Below, one piece after another: positions 27,386 through 42,467 of a DNA stretch of 64,000 nt. Source of the stretch: Eledone cirrhosa (lineage: Eukaryota); the NCBI GenBank assembly GCA_964016885.1, contig OZ024740.1, positions 410,626,001-410,690,000 on the forward strand. Reading direction: 5' to 3'. Within the stretch, counting starts at the first letter, position 1. Each line of letters opens with the position of its first letter. The notes under the pieces are model-generated. The model made no database searches. It saw only the letters and a program-made list of their open reading frames with translations, and was not told the origin of the DNA. The translations under genes and the position numbers were made by a program.

Positions 27386-27905
27386 ATATCTCTCTATATT
27401 TTTAACTGTATATATATTCCCAATATATATTCCGTACTCATTGATACCTATAGGAACTTTATAGTTAAAGGATTAAACATGAAATATAGAAAAACGGATA
27501 ATTCTACCATTGATAACATTAATAGGGAAGACCTTAAGATAGTCACTCACTTAGTCATAGCCGACAGAACAGAACCGTTTCAACCGTGACTTCCGATAAC
27601 ATGTTTGATAACATGTTTGTTGTGGGGGACTTACAATTAATAATATTTATTTTATTTTTACAAACGTCGCTTGTTGGCGTACTTATTTCGCTGTGAAATA
27701 ATTTAGCTCTGGACAACTCAAGGACAATTTCGAATCAAACCACTCTATTAGACTAATATGTCCCTTTAAATGTGACGCATAAGTAAGCACATTGTAGATA
27801 GGGTACTAATACAAATAAAAAAACAGACTGTCTTTGAGACAGATGACTACTATTCATCAACTCCTCTAGACGTTTTATTTTTCTTTGGGCACTACATGCT
27901 TATAT

Positions 27906-28000
<95 letters not shown>

Positions 28001-28010
28001 TAGATATGTG

Positions 28011-28250
28011 GAAAAAAATGAAAACGAAAAACGAAATTTCATTTCTCACTCTTAGTATGGCACTTACTTAAATGTAAGTATGTATGTATACGTACATACA
28101 TATATGTATACAGACGTACAGTAGCATATATACATGCTACTGTACGTCTGTATACATATATGTATGTACGTATACATACATACTTACATTTAAGTAAGTG
28201 CCATACTAAGAGTGAGAAATGAAATTTCGTTTTTCGTTTTCATTTTTTTC
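28011..28250. repeat. Perfect palindrome, 117-bp arms with a 6-nt loop
   Basis: 28011-28127 is the exact reverse complement of 28134-28250. Part of an arm recurs at ~28612-28676. Confidence 0.92.
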
Positions 28251-28574
28251 AACTTATCGTTTTCGGTATGCCTGACCGATTTAACTCACTCAATATGCAA
28301 ATTAGGCTGCTCAGCCGTTAATTTTCATAAGGAAAGTATATACTTTCGAACGTTCAACTATCTGGCAGATGGGTAAACGGTGCTGATGATAGCTAACAAG
28401 CTTGAAACTAGTACATCGTTCCTGTGTCAGTGTTGAACAAAAAGGTGACGTGGTTGCCTTAACACCGTATGGCATAAATTCAGGCTGTTCAGTTTGTTGA
28501 CAAACGAACAAAGCAAGCGCTATAATAAGTGTCTGCTAAACTGATGCGTGCATATATGTATGTGTACCTGCATG

Positions 28575-28617
<43 letters not shown>

Positions 28618-28751
28618 GCTACTGTACGTCTGTATACATATATGTATGTACGTATACATACATACTTACATTTAAGATAGATATGTGTATATATATATAT
28701 GTATGTATATATATATATATAGATATAGATATAGATAGATATGTGTATATA

Positions 28752-28833
<82 letters not shown>

Positions 28834-28845
28834 TAGATATAGATA

Positions 28846-30593
28846 ACTTTCTTTTTATTTGCCACCAGGGCATCAAAAGTGGGACAAGTACCATGGGGGG
28901 AGTTTACATAACAAGGCGTCCTCAATATGGAGCAGGCAATAACAAAGTATAAAAATAAAATACAATATAACAAAATAAATTTTATAACAAAATCCTCCAT
29001 AGGGAGGCGGCGCCTTGGGGGGTCGCACACACCCCCGAAAAAAAGTGTGCAACCCTTCTCCTCAGGAGCACAGAGAGGGGTGCTCCCTTGATCTTTCCTC
29101 TTCCTCACCTATAGTCTGATGTAGAGTGAAGGCCCATTCACACGGGCCATTCTCGCCACTTTCACCCATCTTTCATAAAAACGGCTGGGGTGCAGCACCT
29201 CTCTCTCCATCCTGATCCTTCTTCCGAAATGATATCGGAAGAAACGGACCAGTTGTTGGTCAGAGAGAAAGGTGCCTGACTTCAGTCCTTTCAGACGCGT
29301 CCACCATACAACCTCTTTCGCCATGGCTATTACGCACAGAAACACCGCTTCTCCTTCGTTTTTGAAGAGGGGGGCGGCTTGATCGTTACAATAGACTCGG
29401 TGGTAAACCGGATCGGTCTCACCCTTGATAGAAGTTGTTCGACATAGCCCCACAGATCGGTAATGCCCGAGCAGTGTACCAATGCGTGTGCAACGGTTTC
29501 CTCGTCGCACACGCATCTGGGACAAATCTTTTTCGAGGGGTCCCTACCCGGGCGCCCGTGTCTGTAGAGCCTTTCTCGAACGGGCAGAGCTCTTCGGTAG
29601 CACTGCCAGGCCAGAGACCTCTGGAAGTTATCCATGGGTCCCGGGCTGAATGTCCTACCGAACAGGTTGGCCAGTTCGTCTTCCTCCATGCCTAGGGCTT
29701 CTCCGAGGGCGTCATCGTACCTGCTAACCACCAGCCCTCTATAGAATGACGAGGTGGATTCTCCACTGACAGCCGGGTCCGCCTGCCAGAGAGCCGTGAG
29801 CGCCTGGGCACACTAGGTGTGCCAGGCGCCCAGTTTTCTCGGTCTTTGCTTGACCCAGGATTGCAGCTCGGTGAGTGAGACGAGTCTGGTAAAGGCTCGC
29901 CTCACAAACGGGGCCCACACCGGTTGACCGGTGAGGAATACCTGGAGGTGCCGTAGCCTTAATGTGTGTTTACGTATAATTAGCCACGGCATCCCCAGCC
30001 CTCCTTTCGAAGGATGTTGACAGCAGATGGATCTCCTCACCATAGGAGCCCGCTTCTTCCAAAGGAATTGGAAGAGTGCGCGCTCCATTTTGGCGAGCGT
30101 TTCCCTTGGGCAAGGCACAACGGTCAGGCGATAGTAGATGACGGACGCTATATAAGTGTTCGCCACCTCCGCCCGACCTTTCAGGGACAGTTTGCACTCG
30201 GCCCACTTCTGGGTCAGTGCAAACACCCTGTTCGTTACCTCACCCCAGTTCTTCTCCACCTGGAGGTCTGGTCCGAACCAGACCCCGAGCAACTTCACCG
30301 GGCCCTCCGTCCAGCGCCCGACGACGCCATCGGAGGGCATCGATCTGCCCCTCCACGTGCCGAGTTGCAGACCGATCGACTTGTCCCGGTTCAGCTTAGC
30401 CCCTGTAAACCTTTCGTACTCCTACAGTAAGGTGCCGATCGCCCCGATTTCCGAGGCCGTCGACACCATTACTGTTACGTCGTCGGCGTAGGTCGACACC
30501 GCTTTCCGCAATGCCGGTTCTAACGGGATGCCCTGCAACAACTCCAACTTCCGCAGCAGTGGCTCTAGAGTCACTACATACAGAAGGGAGGAG
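28846..30593 (-). mobile_element. 5'-truncated Tx1/L1-clade LINE (RT C-half, CCHC, 3' UTR)
   Basis: [66 protein letters not shown]-rich. Flanked by (GATA/TA)n. Confidence 0.9.
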
Positions 30594-30636
30594 AGATAGA
30601 TAGATATATATAGATATGTGTATATATATATATATG

Positions 30637-31885
<1,249 letters not shown>

Positions 31886-31898
31886 ATATATATATATA

Positions 31899-32637
31899 TA
31901 TTTCGTTTCTGAATTTGTTTAGCAAGATTCTTTATCTGTAGAAACAAAAATATAGTGTACATAGGTGAGACAGCTCGTAGTATAGGGGAAAGGATAAATG
32001 AACACTGGCGAGACCTTCAAGATAATAAAGAATCATCTGTACTCTACCAACATGCTAAGATAGAACACAAGGGTAAATTAGAGAACATAGAAATAAAAAT
32101 AGAATCTACACACAGAAAAGATGCAATGTTTAGACAAATTACAGAGGCAATAAACATAAAAGAATTAAAACCAAAATTAAATAGAAAATATGAGTGGAAC
32201 AGCAACATCACAACTTACAATTAAGGACAAAATGAAAACACACACACACATAGAACAAACAACCAACCAATAACATGTAAATAAATAAATAAATAAACAA
32301 ATAGATAAATGAACATAAACACACACAGACACCCGGATGTGGCGCATGCGCAAACTGAGCACACAACACACACACAGAAACAAAATGGCGTAGGACAGAA
32401 CAAAGGAAAGGCACGGAGACAAAGAAAGGAATCCCCAGTCACTGAAGAGGTCACAGAGTGTGTGACGAAAGGACTATGACTATATATAAACAACTATCTG
32501 GTTGTGGAACCAACCAACCAACCAGAAATTTATAAATTTATAAATTTGTAAATTTATAAATATATAACAAATTGAAGTGAAAGCAACTGGTGCGTGTGTT
32601 TCTTATTGGCAACATGACCCCCCCAAAGTATAACAAT
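31899..32637 (+). mobile_element. 5'-truncated PLE family B copy (GIY-YIG C-half, pLTR) with inverted terminal fragment at 31899-31938
   Basis: ORF 31955-32224 YIGETARSIGER..HRKDAMFRQITEA. Close paralog of 16358-17020. Confidence 0.9.
32437..32481 (+). ncRNA. Minimal type I hammerhead ribozyme
   Basis: AGTCA-CTGAAGA-g-GTCACA gagtg TGTGAC-GAAA-GGAC-TA-TGACT. Confidence 0.88.
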
Positions 32638-32640
32638 ATA

Positions 32641-32699
<59 letters not shown>

Positions 32700-32700
32700 A

Positions 32701-32761
<61 letters not shown>

Positions 32762-32783
32762 GTATATATATATATATATATAT

Positions 32784-32841
<58 letters not shown>

Positions 32842-33048
32842 GTATATATATATACATATAATAATATAATATATATATATATATATATATATAAATACAC
32901 ATACAAAGGTGAAAGAGAACTCATATACAATATTATTATATGTAATAATCATGCAATTACTATCGCTGTGAGTATTCATGTTGTGATCGTGTCAACGCTT
33001 TCACAGTATCGAGGTATGAGTGGTGGATGTATATTTCACAGATGGTAA

Positions 33049-33204
33049 CAGTCGCGTTACTGCTACTTTATTTTATCGACCCCGTAAGGATGAAAGGCAA
33101 AACTAACCTCTGCGGGATTTGAACTCAGAACGTAAAGAGCCGTAAAACTAGGCCGCAAACCATATTTTCCGATGCACTACAGACTCTGCCAATCCACTAC
33201 CCTT
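33049..33204 (-). mobile_element. tRNA-derived SINE (same family as 12407)
   Basis: ttttatcgaccccgtaaggatgaaaggcaaa..ggatttgaactcagaa..ctgccaatcca. Confidence 0.85.
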
Positions 33205-33267
33205 AACGACAAAAACAACAATAACATAAACAACAACAACAACAACAACAATAATAATATCAATAAT

Positions 33268-33420
33268 GATTTCTACTATAGGCACAAGGCCAACAATTTG
33301 GGGGAGGGGAAAGTCAATTAAATCGACCCCAGTGCATTAGTGGTGCTTTATTTTATCGACCACGATGAAAGCCAAAACTAACCTCGGCGGGATTTGAACT
33401 CAGAACGTAAAGAGCCGTAA
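33268..33420 (-). mobile_element. tRNA-derived SINE, 5'-truncated
   Basis: ggcacaaggcc..ttttatcgacc..aacctcggcgggatttgaactcagaa. Confidence 0.85.
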
Positions 33421-36108
33421 CTCTATGCTGAACGTTTTCTTTCTTCAAGGAAACCAAGAAAACCTGAATTGACAGATAATTGTGAGGAAAATGAAAAAAA
33501 AAGGAAACAACAGAAATTATGAAAAACAAAATCTAAATTAATAAACAGACCTCCAGAATGCCATGAATAAACGATCCATAAGTATAAACCAGCTTCCGGA
33601 AACCACCAGAAGTAGAAAAGGAGGTAGAACACGGTAACTATAGAATATATGGAGTCAGAGAAGAAACGATTAACGACATTATCTCTTCACAAAAAAGGAA
33701 TATATCCACAGGTATGTTAGAGTTGGGATTTTTAAATACTGGAGGTTATATGCCAATGGAACGAAATATCAATAGAAAAATAAAGACGGTACAAACATAC
33801 ACTAGAAAAGGTGCCAGAGAATGAGAAAGTTACTATACTCTCGGATAGTCCAATACATAGATACAGGGAGATCAAAGCCTACTGACCAGATATGTTAGGA
33901 GCAAATGTGGCATATTACCATTTCAACTTAGCCTATTCCATTCAACATGATAGTTACTGGCAGAAAAAAACTACCCTTCTGGTGGTTTTCTGCTAGCATC
34001 TGTAGTGTCAATATTGATATTATACGCAAGTATATATGCATGTAGATATGATACATTAAATAACATCGTAATTGACAATATACACAGAAATTGAACGAAG
34101 ACTGCGTTATATGTAATCAGTAACTTAATACATGATACATAAAAAAAAAAAAAATGATATGATATATAAACTGCATTAGGAGAAAATTAGTGACGGAAAT
34201 ATATGTATGTTTATTTAAGCTAACCGGAAGTGTTAACATTTGAACATTTTAAAGAAGTGAATCTTTAAATAAACAATAAAATATATTTAATCAACAGCTA
34301 CGAAATTTAGTAGATAAATTATGTAATATTCATTCATTATTTATTCAAAGTAATCCAACTTATTTTACTAATGGGATAACAAATTATAAACCGTACTCAA
34401 TCCGGCACTCCTTACTTTATTATAGTTTAGATTTATATCACAAGAATTTATTTAACTTTTGATTTCCTCCTATTTTCATGACCTAGCCTTATATAACTAT
34501 CTTAGAATTTGTCTTTTTATTAGATTCACTTTCATTTATTACAATGTTTCAGTCAATGCACTCTTTCTAATATTTGACTATTATTTACTAAGTCAACTTA
34601 TTTTTAGCTTCTTTATATTTTACATTGTTTGTCTTCAATCATCACATTGTACGTCCCTTTTTTATATATTTACCCATTGCCTGCACTTTTCCAATCTTCT
34701 TTGCTTACAGCCACCCCATTTCTACACGTTTCATCCTCCTATAAAATTGATTATCTTTATATACCACTAACTTCATTATTTGCCACCAATTCTGCACCCA
34801 TACTGTCCTTGACATTTTAAACCCGCAACTCTCCTCTAATAACTCTTCCGTTCTCCGTCAGGATTAAGTTTCCCTCCTTATTTACCCCATAATAAATATA
34901 ATTATATTTATTCAAAGTTGAGTCTTCGGGAGTCGTTATTTAGTTTCCCATTGTCGAACGTCAAGCGACAAAATTTGTATATTAACAATATGCTTATATA
35001 AGTGATTGGATGGGATGAAAATCGAGGCTGTAATAAGAACATATGTAGAAAGCAAAAGAAGAAATGTATTAACCACAATACAACGACCAGCTGGCAAGAA
35101 CAAACAGACACACCGTTGTCTAACGCAGACCAGTATCATACTAAAATCTCTCTATGCTAATGACTGAAGAAAACAAAAGAATCCGAATAGTAATATACTA
35201 TATTATTGGTTAAGATTATTATAATAATATAAAGCTGTATAATATATTTACAAGTATGACTTTAAACTGAAAATAATTGTTTCATATACCGACATATACC
35301 AGATTTTAAACAATTTTATAAACTGGAATTGAGTCCTGCTATGTATCTTTAAATTTTCAGAAAAAATATATGATTCTTCACTGTTGGCTATCAGTATAAA
35401 TAACATTCCTCCATAATTAATATTTAGTTATAAATAAGGCAACATAATATGACAACTGAAAAGATGAGTTTAAAGTCAGATGAACATCCACTTGTTTCTT
35501 TTATTCATGAAGAAGGAAACTCGGGTGACGTACCGTGTAATTACAACATTCCCGCTTCGCAAATGACAAATCTCTCTTTCAATTTTGTCAGGTGAATGTC
35601 TGAGAGTCTTGATGGATACAATGTTTATTCAATCTTTCTGGTTCTTTGTATATTAATAAATCGATATGAACAAAAGCAGGCACACACACACATATACACA
35701 GACACAAACACACACACAGGTACACAGACACAGACACACACGTGCACACATTTATAATTACACACACGCGCATATACACATACAAAACAAAAGACTGTAG
35801 CTGAGACAGTAGTTATCTAATAAGAAAACGCATGTAATGTTGAAGCTTTTGTAATTTGTTCACCATGTCTGGCCATATATCAGGGAGCGCGATTAAATTC
35901 TATTACTATAAATAGCGCTAATGTGGTCGTGCAAACATTTAAAATATCTAAATTTGACCTATATATCAGTCCGGAGAAGATCAGAATTGATTTTATAGAA
36001 ATTATTTTAGTGGAGCTGGTGGATGTAGATTGATGCTGACCAGAAGATATGAGAAAGGAAGTAAGGACCTTCTAGCGTCATAAATATAATTAATGCTACT
36101 ACCAAAAG

Positions 36109-36330
36109 AGGTGAAGGTGCGTGGCATATTGTTTAATGAATACGGATCATAATGTTTTGGGTTCCATTTCTGCACCGGGTTGTTGTTCTTGAGCAACAAA
36201 TTTAATTTCACAATTGTTCATGCGGGTTTCATACTGTGATGCATTGGTGTCCGGTCTGATATGAATCAGTCGTATACTCTAAGTCACTTAATGCCAAATA
36301 AACCGGTATAACCACCAGCCTAATGAGCAA
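36109..36330 (+). mobile_element. Decayed SINE of a second family
   Basis: ggtgaaggtgcgtggc head, degenerate B box (gggttccatttc) and cttgagcaacaaattt central motif. Confidence 0.45.
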
Positions 36331-37334
36331 CAGGTATGAATGCTGATTTAGTGCAAAATGCAAAAGGGCAGCTGAGGGATGTATTTTGACAGCGTCCTTG
36401 TAATTTAAAATTATTATTAAGCAAATGTTTTCGAATCAGAGTGCTGGAAGTTTTTTTCTTTTACATACATCGAGAATGCTGTGTGTCAGCAATTACTTAA
36501 TCTTGGATTTATGAGCAGTGATCCAGTACTATGTATAAGGTCAGATGTTAGCTAAAGAGGACGGCTAGATTCTTAGATGTAGTTTCAGTTGTTATTAATA
36601 TGGGCTCACTATTATACTGTGAGGGATATTTTAAAAATATGTACATATTTCAGTTAATTTAGTGGAGAAAGTTTAGAGTTGCGAGTTTATGTGAGAGTGT
36701 AATGTCCGTTTTCATTATGTTGAATAAATGGTTATATACCCATTGACATGTATTTCAAAGGTTTTCGTTTATGTAAAGAATTTCAAACTTTATTTCCTGT
36801 CTTCCGTTGGCAGAGCCTAATGACAATTGCGCTTCTATAACGGACGTTTAGCATGAATTCTATCATCAAACGGGGAAACCTATATGCATAAAGAAAGATA
36901 CAGATAAATTTATTTCAATCACATCAAAGAAAAGGATAAAACATTATGCCGCTAGAGGTTATTCCTTATCTAAATCCTGATTCGTAAAATCAGTAGTTCA
37001 GCATTGAATCCGAGCAATCATTATCTCCTCCGTAATTACTTGATCTAGCGTTGCAGAAAAAGATCTTCATAGTATCTGTGATGACGTATACACTCATGAT
37101 TCACCAGCCAGATTTATATAGTACTTCCTCTTGCCATGTCATTCGCCACATTCACCTGGCTAAATATTCCATGTCTTTTCATGAAATAGAAGAATTAAAT
37201 GTGAGACATTAATAGTTGAAATTTGTATGTATTTTCTGGTACACGCCCCTTGAATCTAGTGTATATAATACTAGGTTCGGAAGAAGATATCTTGTGATTA
37301 CAAAATCTTTACCGATAATATATAGAATACGTTT

Positions 37335-38640
37335 CTACTTCTTCCTCGCCAACTTATTCCTGGGTAGGTCGTGGGGGAGGTGTTATCATAAACGCTTTCC
37401 AACGTATCCTGTCAGGAGGAACCATCTCCGATTGATCCGCGTGCTCATGGATGATATCCAACCCTCTTGTTCAGAGTCTACCCTTGGAACTTCCTACCAG
37501 TTGGTTTTACCCGTAAAATCTGGCCAGTGATTCTNNNNNNNNNNNNNNNNNNNNNNNNNNNNNNNNNNNNNNNNNNNNNNNNNNNNNNNNNNNNNNNNNN
37601 NNNNNNNNNNNNNNNNNNNNNNNNNNNNNNNNNNNNNNNNNNNNNNNNNNNNNNNNNNNNNNNNNNNNNNNNNNNNNNNNNNNNNNNNNNNNNNNNNNNN
37701 NNNNNNNNNNNNNNNNNNNNNNNNNNNNNNNNNNAATTAAAGATAGTGAGTTTGGCTTTTACACCTATCTCCCTTTTTCTGATTACGGAAAGCTGAAGGC
37801 GGCGCATTACTACCCCAACCTCCTGTCATCCATCAATCATTTAAATGACCCCAAGATACTTGAACTTCTCTACTTGCTTCAGTGGAACTTCACTCGCATG
37901 TAGAGTTTACTTCGCAGGCTTCCTTAAGAGAACGAGTTTCTCAGTCTTTGCAACACTGATTTTCATTCTGGTAGTGCAGTACTCAGTAGTAAACCTATCA
38001 AGTGTCTGTCATAGATCACCTTCTGACATGTTAAGTAGTACCATGTCGTGCGCAAATTCCAGCCGACTAATCATAGACGCACCAGTCTTTACACTAGTTC
38101 CAACCCGGCTGTACCTGTCGATGAAGATTACGAACAGGAGAGGAGAGTATGCAGGATTGGCGGAGTCATACACTCACATTGAATGGTTTCACCTTAGCAC
38201 AATTTATTTAATTAAAATGTTTTCATTATTTTGTTTATTATTTCTTATTTTTATATTAACTTATTGTGTTTCTAACCTGTAAGGATTACTAGATACTTCT
38301 TTTAGTCTAACATGGCTTACTAGTTCCATGTGGACGATTAAATTGATTAAATAAATGCTATGACATTCCTAAAGAAATATCAGGGCAATAAGAAACTGTC
38401 CTCCGATACCATTCTCCTGCAGAACATTAAAAAGACAGGAACGTTGAACGTGATCATATGCCTTTCCGGGGTCTATGAAACAAGCATACTTATCTTGGCA
38501 ATACTCCCACGATTTACCAAAGACATGCAACAGTGTGAATATTTGGTCGTTTGTGCTGCGTCCGTCTGTGCTAGCTTGGACTCGATAATTTCTCTACATT
38601 TCTTTGCCAGACAATTTAGCATAGGCTTAATGAAATTGCA
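37335..38640 (-). mobile_element. Decayed RTE-clade LINE fragment spanning the assembly gap
   Basis: Minus frames read RSTNDQIFTL..KSWEY..YACFIDPGKAYDHV, LSPLLFVIFID..LEFAHD..KISVAKTE..KQVEKFKYLGV, and C-terminal ILRVKPTGRK. Confidence 0.85.
37535..37734. other. Assembly gap (200 N)
   Basis: Run of N. Confidence 1.
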
Positions 38641-39407
38641 TCACCTGGAAATTCTTTCCTCCTGTAGGTTAACCACTCTCTCGGCTATGCGTGGACCTAA
38701 AAACAATATGTCTTGGTGGAAAAAACGGGTTATCGTTCAACATGTTCAATTTAATTGTGTTATATTTAATTTCAACTTCTACACAAAGAATACATGTTAA
38801 AAATCGATTTCTGAAAAAAAAAAATGTATTTTTTATCTTTTCTTAACATAATGATCTTTTCCAATTACTTTTGCATGAAGTAATCATGTTTTCTAGAGTA
38901 GATTGTATTAAATTCTAAAAGAAAATATACAGAAGTAATCCTCAATTGTTTAATTGTATTTAATCATTACGTTCTGTAATTGCTGTTTCATGAAGAACGT
39001 CGCAATGTATACATAGAAATATATATTTATGTACACAAGGGAATTATTGACGTACAATTACAGATATATACATACGCACTCTTGTATGTTGATTTATTTT
39101 TCCTGTTTCAATAAAAAACAATCTCGTGCTTTCATAAATTTGAATGCTTTTTATAAGCTAAAAACAGTAATACACATTATCACTCTATATTTCCTTCACC
39201 TCTACACACGTTAACAAGACAAAACACACTCTGTAAAACACATTTACATAAATGTGCTTTACGATAGGAACTATAGAAAAAATATACGGAAGAAATCTTC
39301 ACTCAATCGCAAATATGTAACATTTAAGATTGAAGGTCACATACAAGGAACAAGATGTATGGGCATGAAGCCCTCTCTTAGCATATACATATATACATAT
39401 GCATTTG

Positions 39408-39522
<115 letters not shown>

Positions 39523-39575
39523 ATATATATAATATATATATATTATATATATATATATTATATATATATTATATA

Positions 39576-39633
<58 letters not shown>

Positions 39634-39812
39634 ATATATGTATATATATATATATATAATTCGAATTAAAAGATATATATATATATATGTAGGAGGTGAG
39701 TTTTATTGTAGCACAATAAAGCAATGCAAATATCGGATAAGTAGCACTCCACAGTTTATAGAACTGGAGTATAAATAATATAAGATCAAAAGATGGTTAA
39801 AAGAGTTCCATG

Positions 39813-39883
39813 TATTTTATTATGCGCATTTCAAAAACAAATATCATCATGGGATGATATTTGCGTTCTCATCAGATAAAATA
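39813..39883 (-). ncRNA. Type I hammerhead ribozyme with long stem II
   Basis: TATTTTAT-CTGATGA-gaacgcaaatatcatc ccat gatgatatttgttttt-GAAA-TGCGCA-TA-ATAAAATA. The 3' half is repeated inverted at ~39950-40015 and again at ~41172-41226. Confidence 0.9.
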
Positions 39884-40009
39884 GGGAGACATGAAATGAA
39901 GCTTAAAAAACACTTGCGAGCAGTGAAGTGTTAAATCAACATATATGACATTTGTTTTTGAAATGCGCATAATAAAATACATGGAACTATTTTAACCATC
40001 TTTTGATCT

Positions 40010-40056
<47 letters not shown>

Positions 40057-40064
<8 letters not shown>

Positions 40065-40949
40065 TCACAGGAATCAAAGTTATGTTCAAACCATTTATTA
40101 GCTTACAATTGTTTCATCCAAACCGAGGCTTGGATTCTTCGGACCATTATTTAATGTTTGTATACATTCATGACCTCCTTTCCAACGCAAGAGACATACA
40201 GATACATATGTATATATTGATGTACAGTGGGGTGACATATATTATATTATTTCTGAATGGCAATTTAAATTCAAAAATTAAAATCATATTAAAACAGAAT
40301 CAAAGCAAAATTAAAATTAAAATATACATCGGCAGTTAACGTAGATAATGCAAGAGGATATTTTGTTAGTCAGTTGTAGTAGTTATTGTATGCATTAGTT
40401 ACACGTGGGGCATGCACGTGTGTCTTATTTATATATGATTATTGTGCGGCAGGGTGTTATATGCAATACAAGCACTTTAAGCGGGTAATCAAGAGTATTA
40501 TGGAGGTAATCTTGATTACCCGCTTAAAGTGCTTGTATTGCATATAACACCCTGCCTCACAATAATCATATATAAATAAGACACACGTGCATGCCCCACA
40601 TATAACTAATGCATACAATAACTACTACAACTGACTAACAAAATATCCTCTTGCATTATCTACGTTAACTGCCGATGTTGTATTTCAATTTTAATTTTGC
40701 TTTGATTCTGTTTTAATATGATTTTAATTTTTGAATTTAAATTGCCTTTCAGAAATAATATAATATATGTCACCCCACTGTGCATCAATATATACATATG
40801 TATCTGTATGTCTCTTGCGTTGGAAAGGAGGTCATGAATGTATACAAGCATTAAATAATGGTCCGAAGACTCCTAGCCTTGGTTTGGATGAAACAATTGT
40901 AAGCTAATAAATGGTTTGAACATAACTTTGATTCCTGTGAATTCTATAT
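40057..40949. repeat. ~0.9 kb fold-back element (~437-bp arms, 15-nt loop) with a decayed HHR in each arm
   Basis: 40057-40494 is the reverse complement of 40510-40949 with few mismatches. CCGAAGA..GAAA-CAATTG-TA at 40100-40145 (-) and 40860-40905 (+). Confidence 0.88.
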
Positions 40950-41105
40950 AACTGCTCTGTAGAACAACTGATGTTATTACATTGAGCTATTTATCTTACT
41001 GGTAATAAGGTAGTAATAAATTACTGCCTTCCACTGTTTAGGGTTTAAAATATATATAACTATAAAAAGTTTTAGTATATACATAACCATAAATAGTATC
41101 CTTAA

Positions 41106-41179
<74 letters not shown>

Positions 41180-42143
41180 AGATCAAAAGATGGTTAAAAT
41201 AGTTCCATGTATTTTATTATGCGCATAGAGAGATTGAGAGAGAGAGACATATATAGTTTGAGAAACACATATTATTTTGTACACATATAAAGCACAGGAC
41301 TGGGTATCATATCTGCTAGAAAGAGGTGTGAAGTGCTAGTCACAGTGTGAGCAGGTCAACAAATTAAGAATTTGGAGCAGTTATATACGAATTTAAGGTA
41401 TCACAACATATACAATATGATTGATGCTTGTCTTTCTCAGTAGAAAATCTCAATGGACATTTGCCCAGAGCATCAATAATTCAAATTAAAAGATATATAT
41501 ATATATAGAGAGAGAAAGATAGAGATAGAAAGAGCCATATATTGCTGGAGAAATATACAGTATTTTGTACATATATAAAGTACATAATATTTAGGAAAAA
41601 CACGTACTTTAAGGTGGAAAAGTTCTTCTTTCCTATGGTACCATTTCGTGATTCGAAAGCCGTGAGAATATCGATGTAAGCAATGAATTATCGATAACCA
41701 ATTATCGATTTTGTTCAAGTTACGGAGGCGCGAACAAAAAAAATCAGAGAATTTTGTCTTTGAATAAAGTTCCAATAGAATATAGAATTTGTTGGGATAC
41801 AAGAGTTAAGCCATCTATATACCAAGATTGGATGTTCAATATAGAGTTAAAGGTCGACACAATAAACAAAATCTTTGTGTACATGCAAGCTATGAAAAGG
41901 TTTAACAACAGAAACATATGTTTTACAGCTTCCCTTATTTCCCATTCTCCTTTTATTTTTCGTTTTCTTAGACATAATCGACTGTGTCTGCTCAGCCTGG
42001 GTTGTTCCCTGTGGCTTGAGGGGAGTTCTCAGCCTAGGGTGTTGTTACTGCCCATATAGCTTGAAGGAGGTCTGGCCGAGAGGTGTCTACATGTTCTGGA
42101 TAAGTCCCTATAGCTTGAAGGGAGTTCACATCTTCTTGTGTTG

Positions 42144-42467
42144 CTACTGTCCATATATCGTGAGGAAGGTCCCGGCTCTAAGGTGTCTACATGTCCCGAA
42201 GAAGTCGGTTCTGAGGTTTATCAGGCCGCATCCACCTCTTAGTATCTCGAGGGTCTCGTTCAGGCATAGTTTGCATATGCAAGATCCCCCTTTATCAGGT
42301 GGTACTTTCCTGATTATGTACCAGGCCAGAGAGTACGGGGTCCTGTCCAGCTTAATCTTCCAGATCAGGTCGGAGAGAGCCGTGCTTTTCCTTTTGGCCT
42401 CCTTATTGAATGAATGGCGATTGTTGTACCAGCGGTCTTTAAAGCTCGTTGATAATTTGGCCAACAT
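42144..42467 (-). pseudogene. GIY-YIG C-terminal fragment of a PLE
   Basis: FKDRWYNNRHSF..STALSDLIWKIK..W.II..CKLCLNE..INLRTDFFGTCRH. Confidence 0.85.

Noticed and set aside
35159-35210. Hammerhead-like CTGAAGA..CGAATA motif
   Set aside because: The GAAA box and stem II are too degenerate to call.
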